Source: Candidatus Jordarchaeia archaeon (GTDB taxonomy: Archaea > Asgardarchaeota > Jordiarchaeia > Jordiarchaeales > Jordiarchaeaceae). From it: a stretch of DNA of 64,000 nucleotides. Positions 46,207 to 54,691 of this stretch are shown piece after piece. The notes beneath the pieces were generated by a model. It did not search any database and was not told where the DNA came from. It worked only from the letters and a program-made list of their open reading frames with translations. The DNA lies in contig JAHAWU010000002.1 in the NCBI GenBank assembly GCA_018383815.1, forward strand, positions 2,650 to 66,649. The letters run 5' to 3'. The number at the start of each line of letters is the position of its first letter. Position 1 is the stretch's first letter. The position numbers were made by a program, and so were the translations under genes.

Positions 46207-48225
46207 TCACGTTCTCTTACCCAGAATAACAGCAGCCCCCACAATGGCGATCAGTAGAAGAACCGCAACCCCACCAAACATCAAATTAGAAGAAGACTGC
46301 TGACCCGCCAACAACTGACCCAAACCAACCAACATGAAATAATCCAAAGGCTCAACTTCCCAAACAGTAATTCTATTCTGACTCGCATTATAAGCAGGAT
46401 CCACTTCTCCACGCTGATCAATCATAAGATACCTCACAAGACCCAGCCACTCTGGAACCGCCGTGTCCGGGTCGCCTTGAACTAGGGTAACTAGGATAAG
46501 GGGAACATACTCACTTGGATCGGTAGGTAGAGGATGTCCTGTTTGGTTCCTCATTGTTACCGCGAACATGGGGTACAGTTTTCCTATCTCTGGAATTAGG
46601 AGCGCTCCTTCTAGGTTTATGCATACTCTGTACAGTTTGCTGTCATCTATGGGGGCATAGGTTCCATTCTGGAAATCTTGCTCAATGCTCACTATCCGAG
46701 AACCGGGGGGTCCAAGAGTAGTATAGGTCACCCTCAGTCCCGAAATTTGCATGAAGTAGTCGCCACCAGCATACAGTGCAAACTCCATTGCCTTCTTAAC
46801 ATCACTGCCAAGGAGGTAGAAGCTGGTCAAAAGCCAACCATAATAAGGCCCCTGGTAGGGTACCCCTCCTAAGGGCACCACGCTCACCGCATCATAAAGC
46901 GTTATGTTCCTACTAGCAGGCTCCAATCCATGCCTTATAACACCGCTCGGCACAAATGCAAAGTCCACATAGGGATCACCCGCAGAAACATTGTTGGCCT
47001 GCCACCTTATGGCATCCGCCACCAAGTCACCAATCGGAGTCTCACCACCTGGAACATAGCCAGCACCCGGAACACCAGTTGTGGTATTAGCAATCACAGT
47101 ACCCGTTGCAGGTATCCCCATATCACCAAGAGTAGCATCTATTCCTGCACGATAAATTCCAATTAGACCCGCTACAGGTGCGTATTCTTGTATTGTGTCA
47201 TTTATATGTATTGGTGTCCAACTTCTCACGGTGACACCCTTGCCAGGGTTGTTATCTGGGTTTACAGTTATTTCGAGTTTACCCAAGTATTCGCCCAGAG
47301 CCAATGCGTCAGCTATGGTTGTGTTTCCCACAATTATTGGGGTTGGCGTCAACTCGTGGTCGTGGCCACTGAGTATTAAGTCGATGCCTGGAACCTGCTG
47401 GGCGAGAACCACATCGCTTTCCCATCCGCTGTGGCTGAGGCATATGATGAGGTCAATGTCTGGGTCAGACTTTAGGTAAGCTACCTGTTGTCGAGCAGTC
47501 TCTATTGGGTCTAAGATATTATAATGTCCCGTGAAGAACATTGTGGCTATTGCGCCGTATCCTATTACCGAGAAGAGGCCAATCTTCACCCCGTTTACTG
47601 TCATCGTGGCGTTAGGCTTTATAAATGCCCCAAGGTTGTAAACATCATTAGTCAAATTCAAGTTTGAACACAGGATAAGTGGCATATTTGCAAGTCCACC
47701 CAAGGTGGAATTGGTATTATTGAGAATCAAAAATAGTCCATGGTCACTGTAGTCAAACTCATGGTTCCCCAAACAAATGGCGGTATAATTCAGGAAGCCA
47801 GGACTCATCAGGTGGAGTTCGGGTGAAGCTTGGATTGGACCTGCGAATGAGAATGGTGTACCCATCAGAAAGTCACCGACTTCAAACACTAGAACCGGTT
47901 CACCAGCACTACCTCTTATGTCATTTATTTTTGTAGCTATGCGTGCCATTCCACCCACGGTGGGATCATCGCCAGTTCCGGTTGCGTTGTAGTCGGCTAG
48001 TGGCCAGGGTAGTAGTTCTGAGTGTAGGTCGCTGTGGAACAGAATTGTCATATTCACTGCGGCATTTTTACTTTGCATTGGGTTGTCTCCCTGTGTTCCC
48101 TGGTTGTAGGCTGCTATGAGTATACCGGAGCTTAGAGTGCCAGAGGTAGAGGTAATAATGGGAGCTGTTAAGGCTAGAATGAATAGTGTTGATACTATGA
48201 GGGCAGTAATTTTTGTTCGCTTCAT
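46207..48225 (-). CDS. Secreted, membrane-anchored 5'-nucleotidase / metallophosphoesterase (UshA-like)
   Basis: N-terminal signal/TM segment, 'ILFHSDLHSEL', 'CLGNHEFD' and 'LSGHDHE' metallophosphatase motifs, a 5'-nucleotidase-type C-domain and a C-terminal TM anchor. Confidence 0.8.
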   Translation of the reverse strand: MKRTKITALIVSTLFILALTAPIITSTSGTLSSGILIAAYNQGTQGDNPMQSKNAAVNMTILFHSDLHSELLPWPLADYNATGTGDDPTVGGMARIATKINDIRGSAGEPVLVFEVGDFLMGTPFSFAGPIQASPELHLMSPGFLNYTAICLGNHEFDYSDHGLFLILNNTNSTLGGLANMPLILCSNLNLTNDVYNLGAFIKPNATMTVNGVKIGLFSVIGYGAIATMFFTGHYNILDPIETARQQVAYLKSDPDIDLIICLSHSGWESDVVLAQQVPGIDLILSGHDHELTPTPIIVGNTTIADALALGEYLGKLEITVNPDNNPGKGVTVRSWTPIHINDTIQEYAPVAGLIGIYRAGIDATLGDMGIPATGTVIANTTTGVPGAGYVPGGETPIGDLVADAIRWQANNVSAGDPYVDFAFVPSGVIRHGLEPASRNITLYDAVSVVPLGGVPYQGPYYGWLLTSFYLLGSDVKKAMEFALYAGGDYFMQISGLRVTYTTLGPPGSRIVSIEQDFQNGTYAPIDDSKLYRVCINLEGALLIPEIGKLYPMFAVTMRNQTGHPLPTDPSEYVPLILVTLVQGDPDTAVPEWLGLVRYLMIDQRGEVDPAYNASQNRITVWEVEPLDYFMLVGLGQLLAGQQSSSNLMFGGVAVLLLIAIVGAAVILGKRT

Positions 48226-48847
48226 TTTCTTCTCTCCCTTACTTTGTTTTTTGGAATTGGAGAGGGCTCACAGGTTTAAACAAGTTTTTATTCAACTTTT
48301 AGGCAAGCACATTTGCGTAAATATTCTTTTAGCCCTTCTCCAACGCTTTATTATCAGTGTATTAGATATATAAAATTTTAGTTTCACTGTGGCGCAATGT
48401 GATATGTATGTTTTTTGCATGGGGGGTGTGTATTTTTTGTTGCGGGCTGCTTTTTAGAGGGAGGCTTTGAAAGCCTTCTTTTCCACATTCCAGCCATATA
48501 ATAGAAGTTTAGGAGGACATTTTTACATACCCCATAAAATCAAAAATACATACATGCTACTATACGCCACTTTAAGATTATGAAATATTGTTTAAACTCA
48601 TTTTTCGCGGATTTGAGAATCCTTTAGCGGGATTTGCGGAGCTTTCCTCCCCCCCACGCCAGTTCTTGAGAGAATAAATATACCGGGCCAGTGAAAACAC
48701 AACAACACCCCAAAACCATCAAGAAAAGCACAATCACCCAAATAACTTCGCAGAATCCGCTAAATACTAGTTTAAAATTAAACTGTTAGTATCTTGCCTA
48801 AAAAGTGGAAAAGGAGTTTTGATTTGGTTAAACTTTGCTAAGTTTTG

Positions 48848-48884
48848 GGAATAAAACGTCACCTGGATTTTTCGGTTTTATTCC
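48848..48884 (-). other. Perfect 10-bp-stem hairpin in the 3' UTR of the TGA-containing redoxin gene; candidate SECIS-like element or terminator hairpin
   Basis: RNA sense is GGAAUAAAAC-CGAAAAAUCCAGGUGAC-GUUUUAUUCC, starting 16 nt after the TAA. The internal part has 5'-GAA and 3'-GA, which could form tandem G.A pairs. No U-tract follows. Confidence 0.5.
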
Positions 48885-48900
48885 TTCCAAATCTCGGGTT

Positions 48901-49359
48901 TTAGGTTTCCAATTTTTTGATGGTTTCCAGTATTTCTTGGGTTTTGGGTATGTCGTGCATGGAGTCGCCGTAGTAGGCGTATTGTATTGTTCCCTGTTTG
49001 TCTATTATCAGTAGTGCGGGCATTCTTCCCAGTTTGCGTAGTATGATTTCTTGTTTTAGTAGTTTGGTGACTTTTTGTTCCTGATCATAGTATATGGGGT
49101 ATTTTCTTTTGGCGTATTTTGTTTCCAGCTTTTTGGCGTTTTCCAGCTTATCTACAGTAATGGGGTATAGGGCGGTGTTTAGCTGGTCGAAATCGTCGAT
49201 ATGGTTTGCCAGTCTGGCGACATGTCCCCTGCAGTAGGGTCAGGAGATTCCCCTCAGCAGGATTAGCACAACGTTTCTTTTTCCCTCGAATTCTCTGATG
49301 TTGACTGTTTCTCCTCTCGAGTTTGGTAGGCTGAATTCTGGTATCCTTGCGCCCACCAT
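48901..49359 (-). CDS. Redoxin/AhpC-TSA (thioredoxin-fold) protein with an in-frame TGA at the first Cys position of CxxC; candidate selenoprotein or very recent pseudogene
   Basis: Manual translation gives 152 codons from ATG 49359 to TAA 48901. The single internal stop is TGA 49240-49242, in 'NVVLILLRGIS-[TGA]-PYCRGHVARL'. Downstream, 'MPALLIIDKQGTIQYAYYG' is typical of the fold. It is absent from the ORF track because it is split by the TGA. An alternative GTG start lies at 49416. Confidence 0.6.
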
Positions 49360-49503
49360 TTGGAACTTATCCTTCGTTCTGCTACCACCTCCTCCACCTA
49401 TTAGAAAAATATCCACATGCTAAAATGTTTTAGACAATTTCTTTTTTAATCACATATAATTTAAAAAAGGGTTGGTTTTAGGTTATAGTGTTTTTTATTT
49501 GCT

Positions 49504-49633
49504 ATGAAAACGTGTTTTCATTCTTTGCCATGAAAAGCTTTTTCATGCTTTATCTGAAACGCTCTAGCGTATGTTGGTTTGCCATGAAAAACTTTTTCAT
49601 ACCTTTATCTGAAATGCTTTCAGCGTATGTTGG
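49504..49633. repeat. About 55-bp tandem repeat (2 copies plus a partial copy) carrying three ATGAAAA-N(1-3)-TTTTCAT palindromes
   Basis: The units are 49524-49577 and 49578-49633. The palindromes are 49504-49521 (ATGAAAAC GT GTTTTCAT), 49529-49547 (CATGAAAA GCT TTTTCATG) and 49584-49600 (ATGAAAAA C TTTTTCAT). Confidence 0.7.
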
Positions 49634-49652
49634 TTTGTCTAAGAAGCGCAGC

Positions 49653-50534
49653 TTATGTAGGTTTCTTGAGGCCGAGTATTTCTCTTGCTTCGTCTGGGGT
49701 TGCTACTGGTCGTTGTAGTTCTTTGGCTATTCTTACTACTTTTGCTACGAGTTCGGCGTTGCTTTTTGCGAGGACGCCTTTTTCCAGGTAGATGTTGTCT
49801 TCCATGCCTACTCTTACGTGTCCCCCTAGGAGTATGGCTCCTGTGGCCATTTCCATTTCGTATCTTCCGGGGGCGCAGACGGACCAGGTCCAGTTTTTAG
49901 GGATTTGGTCTACGCAGTAGATTAGGGTTTTGAGGTCGGGTGACATGCAGGAGAGTCCGCCGAACATTACGAATTGGATGTGTAGGGGTTCTTTTAGTGA
50001 GCCTTCGGCTACCAGCCTTTTGGCTGTGTTTATTTGTCCGGTGTCGTAGATTTCCAGTTCGGGTTTAACGTTGTTTTCATACATCCAGCTTGCCCACTTT
50101 ACAATGGTGCTTACGGGGTTTCCGAAAATAACGTTTCTGAGGACGGGTAGTCCCATGTCTTCCCAGAGGTTGAGTGAGCCCATGTTGAGTGATGAGAGGT
50201 CCTGTTTGAAGGTCATTCTCTCCTTCATTATTTCGTCCATTTTTTCTGGATCAACTCTACCCCCGCCGGTTGTGATGTTTATGATTAGGTCTGAGGCCTC
50301 GCTCTCCCTTATTCTTTTAACGTACTCTTTTAGGACTGGGTTAGGGTCTCTTGCTGACCCCCCTGTTTCCGGGTCTTTGGCGTGTAGGTGAACCACTGAA
50401 GCGCCAGCCTTCCTGCACTTTACGCATTCCTCAACAACCTCGTCTATGGTTGCGGGAACATATGGTGTTTGGGCTCTGGAGATGAATTCTCCGCCAGTGA
50501 GGGCGGCCGTTATTATGAGCTTCTCCCTAGCCAT
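49653..50534 (-). CDS. BKACE (beta-keto acid cleavage enzyme, DUF849; 3-keto-5-aminohexanoate cleavage enzyme-like)
   Basis: 'LIITAALTGG...TPYVPATIDEVVEE...AGASVVHLHAKDPETGG' is the characteristic N-terminal pattern. Confidence 0.85.
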   Translation of the reverse strand: MAREKLIITAALTGGEFISRAQTPYVPATIDEVVEECVKCRKAGASVVHLHAKDPETGGSARDPNPVLKEYVKRIRESEASDLIINITTGGGRVDPEKMDEIMKERMTFKQDLSSLNMGSLNLWEDMGLPVLRNVIFGNPVSTIVKWASWMYENNVKPELEIYDTGQINTAKRLVAEGSLKEPLHIQFVMFGGLSCMSPDLKTLIYCVDQIPKNWTWSVCAPGRYEMEMATGAILLGGHVRVGMEDNIYLEKGVLAKSNAELVAKVVRIAKELQRPVATPDEAREILGLKKPT

Positions 50535-50629
50535 AATTCCACCTCCAAAACTAATTTTATTTATGATATTTTAAGGGTTTAACGCCCTTTAATATTAATT
50601 CCACTTTTTGAGGATTTAAAATTGTTTTT

Positions 50630-51538
50630 CTATTTTTTCGTTTTTGGGTGTGGCTCGTCTAGGAGTGCTATTACTTCTTTGTAATTTTTCAAATCTGCGG
50701 GTACGCTTAGCTGTATTTCTTCTATGAAGTCGGCGTATTTCTGTGGGTCTAAAACTTCGTATAGGAAGTTTTTGATTTTGCGGGCGGTTTCTATGCCTTT
50801 TTGACCGCATTTTTCAACCAGTAGTAGGAAGGCGTCTGCGGAGGAGGCGGTTACCGCGTTTTGGAACTGTTTTCCCCTGTCTGGAATTTTGTCTCTTATT
50901 TTCCAAATGGATTCAAATAGTTTTAGGGCTTCCTCCATTTTCATAATCATTTTTTCGCAGCTCAGGGTGGAGGCTAGGTCTATGAGGGCAATGCCCTTAC
51001 CGTAGAGGGCTAGGGCGTAGTCTGGCGCTATTTTTAGAGCCTCATCATAACTGTTTATCGCTTCCTCATATCTGCCCAAATTTCCTAGGGCCAAGCCCTT
51101 ATTGTAGTGTGTGACAAAATTGTGGGGATTTATGGCTAAAACTTTGTCGAAAAAAGTTAGAGCCTCCCCGTATTTCCCCATTCTTATGAGTAAGCCGCCC
51201 TTATTGTTTAATGCTTCCTCATCCTTAGGATTTATTTCTAGAACCTTATCGAAACACTGCATAGCCTCTTCATGTCTCCCCAACTGGTCTAACGCTGTGC
51301 CCTTATTGGCTAGAGCCACAATATCTTGAGGATCAATCTCTAGGGCCTTATTGTAGAAGTCTATGGCTTCCTCAAATTTACCCTCATCAACCAGGGAATT
51401 GCCTTTATTAACTAGGGCTTCCACGGATTCAGAATTCATAAGCAACCCTCCAATTTGCCCAATATCCTCAACACTATCAAAAAATATCATCTCTCCATAT
51501 ATTTCTCCAGGCGGGATTAAATAAGACTTTCTTGGCAC
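50630..51538 (-). CDS. TPR-repeat protein with a non-TPR C-terminal domain
   Basis: Repeated 34-aa units ('ALVNKGNSLVDEGKFEEAIDFYNKALEIDPQD...'). The start is uncertain (GTG 51538 or ATG 51439). Confidence 0.8.
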   Translation of the reverse strand: MPRKSYLIPPGEIYGEMIFFDSVEDIGQIGGLLMNSESVEALVNKGNSLVDEGKFEEAIDFYNKALEIDPQDIVALANKGTALDQLGRHEEAMQCFDKVLEINPKDEEALNNKGGLLIRMGKYGEALTFFDKVLAINPHNFVTHYNKGLALGNLGRYEEAINSYDEALKIAPDYALALYGKGIALIDLASTLSCEKMIMKMEEALKLFESIWKIRDKIPDRGKQFQNAVTASSADAFLLLVEKCGQKGIETARKIKNFLYEVLDPQKYADFIEEIQLSVPADLKNYKEVIALLDEPHPKTKK

Positions 51539-51546
51539 TAAACCAA

Positions 51547-52476
51547 TTATTTACTCCATGTTGGAAAATTTTCTTGTTTCAGAATGTCTCGATACATTGT
51601 AGAACCGGGATGGATTTCCAGATCTGTCTTTCCCAAGAATTCCCTGTACCCTTTGTCCCCCAATATCTTTGTTAAAAGTTCTTTTATTCTTCTAACGGTT
51701 TTTGAGCCTTGCATGCCGCAAACCTCGGCCAGATTCTGTATCACCTGAATCATAAGGCGGGGAACATCAGTCCTGAACCTCTCCAAAATCTGAGGAGATA
51801 ATTTTTCTTGGCTCCAAACATGTTCCAAGGAGTCAATAACTGAGCCCACCCTAGAGATTGCCTCTTCACAGTTTAAGGGCTTTGTGAAGACCAGAAGAGC
51901 TAAGGCCTTGTTGAGAGAGGCTTCAGCAATTCTGGGGTTTAGGACTAATGCCTCATCAAACATTTTTACTGCTTCTTCGAATCTCCCCAAGCGGAGAAGA
52001 AGATTGCCCCTGTTGTAAAGAGTTTCGGCGTCTCCAGGATTAATTTCTAAGGCTTTGCCATAGCAGTCTAGGGCTTCTTTAAACTCTAAAAGGTTGAAAA
52101 GCACATTACCCTTATTGGTTAAAGCCTCCCAGTCCCTTGGGTTCAACTCTAATACCTTATTAAAATAGTTCAGGGCCTCTCTAAACCTTTGAAGCTCGCA
52201 GAGAGCAACTCCCTTATTAAACAGAGCCTCTAAAAATTCGGGACTCAGCGCTAACGCTTCATCATAAAGTTGGATAGCTTCCCCAAACTTCCCCAAATTG
52301 AAGAACTCGTTGCCCTTATTAACAAGTTCTCTAGCCCTTCTTGAAGCCAAACACGAACCTCCTGCGATAAAAAAGGCCAACCAGCACCTTTTACACTTTT
52401 CTGCATACCCTGATAAGAAAAGGAGTATAATCGGGAATAGCTCTAAAACGAAAATTATAATCAGAAAGCTTCCCAT
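51547..52476 (-). CDS. TPR-repeat protein with an N-terminal TM segment, paralog of the downstream gene
   Basis: N-terminal hydrophobic helix, at least 5 TPR units, and a C-terminal region co-linear with that of 50630-51538. Confidence 0.8.
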   Translation of the reverse strand: MGSFLIIIFVLELFPIILLFLSGYAEKCKRCWLAFFIAGGSCLASRRARELVNKGNEFFNLGKFGEAIQLYDEALALSPEFLEALFNKGVALCELQRFREALNYFNKVLELNPRDWEALTNKGNVLFNLLEFKEALDCYGKALEINPGDAETLYNRGNLLLRLGRFEEAVKMFDEALVLNPRIAEASLNKALALLVFTKPLNCEEAISRVGSVIDSLEHVWSQEKLSPQILERFRTDVPRLMIQVIQNLAEVCGMQGSKTVRRIKELLTKILGDKGYREFLGKTDLEIHPGSTMYRDILKQENFPTWSK

Positions 52477-52737
52477 TCTAAAAAATATATGGACTCCACT
52501 TTGCCAAGTGTGTGCAGCTGTTGTGACTGGAATACGGCTAAATATGGACTTTTGAATTATTTAACCTGTTTTGGTTAGACTCCTTCACGGGGAAAGGAGC
52601 CAAAAACACTTGATGGAAAACAAAAAAATCCAATAGGTTCCCCATAAACCACAAATAATTTTAGTTAATTTTAAATAAAAAGCACGTCTTAGACTGTTTA
52701 AAGACTTGTTTTTTAGAATTAGAAGAGAGGTTTAATA

Positions 52738-54474
52738 ATGAGTAAGAAAAGTGAGGAAAAAAAGGTAGCAAAAGTTGCGAAGCCTAAAGAGAAGAAGTTA
52801 CCGGACTACATTAAGAATAGGATTTGGCTGAAGAAGTACCCTCCAGACCTGCCCAAAGAGGTTAAGATACCTGCTGACAAGTCGATACCCGAACTTGCGG
52901 AAGAAGCAGCAGACAAGTGGCCCGATTCTGTAAACATAATATTCTATGGAAGAGAATTCACACGCAAAGAGTTCAAGGACTACATTGACAGACTCACCAC
53001 GGCATTCCAAAAAAACCTGGGAATTAAGAAGGGAGACAAGATAGCAATATATCTACCAAACTGTCCCCAATTCATCATAGCATACATGGCGGGACTGGCC
53101 GCGGGAGCCACCATGACCTGCATCAGTCCCCTATTTGTACCCCGAGAATTAGCCTACCAGTTAAAGGACAGCGGAGCAGAAACCCTAGTAACCATGGACA
53201 TGTTCTATAACAATGTGGGACAAATAAGAAACGAAGTTAAACTAAAAAACATCATCATCACCAACATAATGGGACAAACACCCAGCGTGCCCGAAAGCGT
53301 GGATCAGGGAATATACCACATGACTAACCTAATCAAAGACACCGCCCCCGACATCACAAGGGTAAAATTCAACCCCAAAAAGGACATTGCAGTAATCCAA
53401 TACACTGGAGGCACAACAGGCATGCCCAAAGGCGCACTCCTCACTCACTACAACCTCATAGCCAACGCCCACCAAATCATACCCATAACAGAAGCACTAA
53501 AAAAGAGGTTCAACGAGGACAGAGTGAGATCCATAAGTGTACTGCCCTGGTACCACATATATGGACAAACCTGCGAAATAATTGCGGGAAACTTGATAGA
53601 TTCAACTGCGGTTCTTTTCGCCCAGTTTGACCCGGGAGCCATTCTTGATGCCATTAATAAGTATAAACCTTGGCTATTTTTAGGAGTTTCAGCTTTGCTC
53701 ATAGCACTCATGAACCACCCCAAGGCCCAAGAAACTGATTTCAGCTGCCTCAAATACGTGAACATGGGAGCCGCCCCAACTCCAGACGAAGTTGCAAGAC
53801 AATGGAAAAAATTGTCTGGACACCCGCTGAGCGAAGGCTACGGGCTAACCGAAACCAGCCCTGTAACCCACACTCGCCCCGCCCAACTTTTCGGCGAAAA
53901 ACTGGGCAGCATCGGCCCACCTGTTCCCAACACGCTGGCAGGCATAGTAGACCCAGAAACCAATGAGTTTCTACCCATAGGGGAACTGGGAGAACTGGTG
54001 ATTAGCGGTCCCCAGGTGATGCTTGGTTACTATAACAGGCCCAAAGATACCGAAGCAGTCTTCTTTGAGGCAGGGGGATACAAGTGGCTCAAAACCGGAG
54101 ACCTAGCCCGAATGGATGAAGACGGGTACTTCTATATCGTTGACCGCACCAAAGACATAATAAAATATAAGGGTCACAGCGTGTATCCCAGAGAAATTGA
54201 GGAGGTCATATTTGAGCACCCCGCAGTATTAGAATGCGCAGTTATAGGCGTACCCGACCCTGAGGCAGGAGAAAACATAAAGGCATACATATCACTAAAA
54301 CCAGATTACAAGGGTAAGATAACCGAAGAGGAGATGAAAAACTGGATTAAGGAACGAGTCGCCGCCTACAAGTACCCCAGATACGTGGAATTCATAGACG
54401 TTATCCCCAAGACCATCGTAGGCAAAGTTCTGAGACGAGCACTGAGAGAAAGAGAAGGCGTAAAATCGGGATAA
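52738..54474 (+). CDS. Long-chain-fatty-acid / acyl-CoA synthetase (AMP-forming, FadD-like)
   Basis: 'IQYTGGTTGMPKGALLTH', 'GYGLTETSP', 'WLKTGDLARMDEDGYFYIVDRTKDIIKYKG'. Confidence 0.9.
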   Translation: MSKKSEEKKVAKVAKPKEKKLPDYIKNRIWLKKYPPDLPKEVKIPADKSIPELAEEAADKWPDSVNIIFYGREFTRKEFKDYIDRLTTAFQKNLGIKKGDKIAIYLPNCPQFIIAYMAGLAAGATMTCISPLFVPRELAYQLKDSGAETLVTMDMFYNNVGQIRNEVKLKNIIITNIMGQTPSVPESVDQGIYHMTNLIKDTAPDITRVKFNPKKDIAVIQYTGGTTGMPKGALLTHYNLIANAHQIIPITEALKKRFNEDRVRSISVLPWYHIYGQTCEIIAGNLIDSTAVLFAQFDPGAILDAINKYKPWLFLGVSALLIALMNHPKAQETDFSCLKYVNMGAAPTPDEVARQWKKLSGHPLSEGYGLTETSPVTHTRPAQLFGEKLGSIGPPVPNTLAGIVDPETNEFLPIGELGELVISGPQVMLGYYNRPKDTEAVFFEAGGYKWLKTGDLARMDEDGYFYIVDRTKDIIKYKGHSVYPREIEEVIFEHPAVLECAVIGVPDPEAGENIKAYISLKPDYKGKITEEEMKNWIKERVAAYKYPRYVEFIDVIPKTIVGKVLRRALREREGVKSG

Positions 54475-54691
54475 CTTTACCATTCCCCTTCTTTTTTGTT
54501 TTTCAAAGGTAATTCAGTTAGAACTAAGATCTTATGAAAAAGGGGGCTGGAAATCCTCTTAGGAGGATGCTGGCGACCTTTTACAGATACCACAACCTAC
54601 ACTTAGGAGCATGTGGGCTGGGTGAAAAAGTTAAAATCCTCACACATTCAAGTTATACCTAAGAACGATTTAGTTAGGGTGGATTTTGTAC

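Noticed and set aside
48606-48762. Imperfect inverted repeats (TAGCGGGATTTGCGG at 48625-48639 versus CGCAGAATCCGCTA at 48749-48762, plus CGCGGATTTGAG at 48606-48617). They might indicate a structured RNA or tRNA-Sec in the long non-coding stretch downstream of the redoxin gene.
   Set aside because: The pairing needs two bulges. No cloverleaf, T-loop (GTTCRAATC) or UCA-anticodon arm could be drawn. Flagged only as a region to include in covariance-model scans.
49200-49243. A bacterial-type SECIS hairpin immediately downstream of the TGA inside the redoxin coding sequence (CCCUACUGCAGGG and GCCAGACUGGC).
   Set aside because: The stems are only 4-5 bp with tiny loops, and the spacing does not fit the bacterial SelB-binding hairpin. 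The genomic context is archaeal, where SECIS elements are in UTRs.
49488-49718. The 76-aa track ORF across the tandem repeat region, and the question of whether the repeats are a mini-CRISPR array.
   Set aside because: The ORF is produced by translating the repeats (FAMK…FAMK). There are only about 2 copies, directly abutting with no spacers, and no cas genes, so this is not a CRISPR array.
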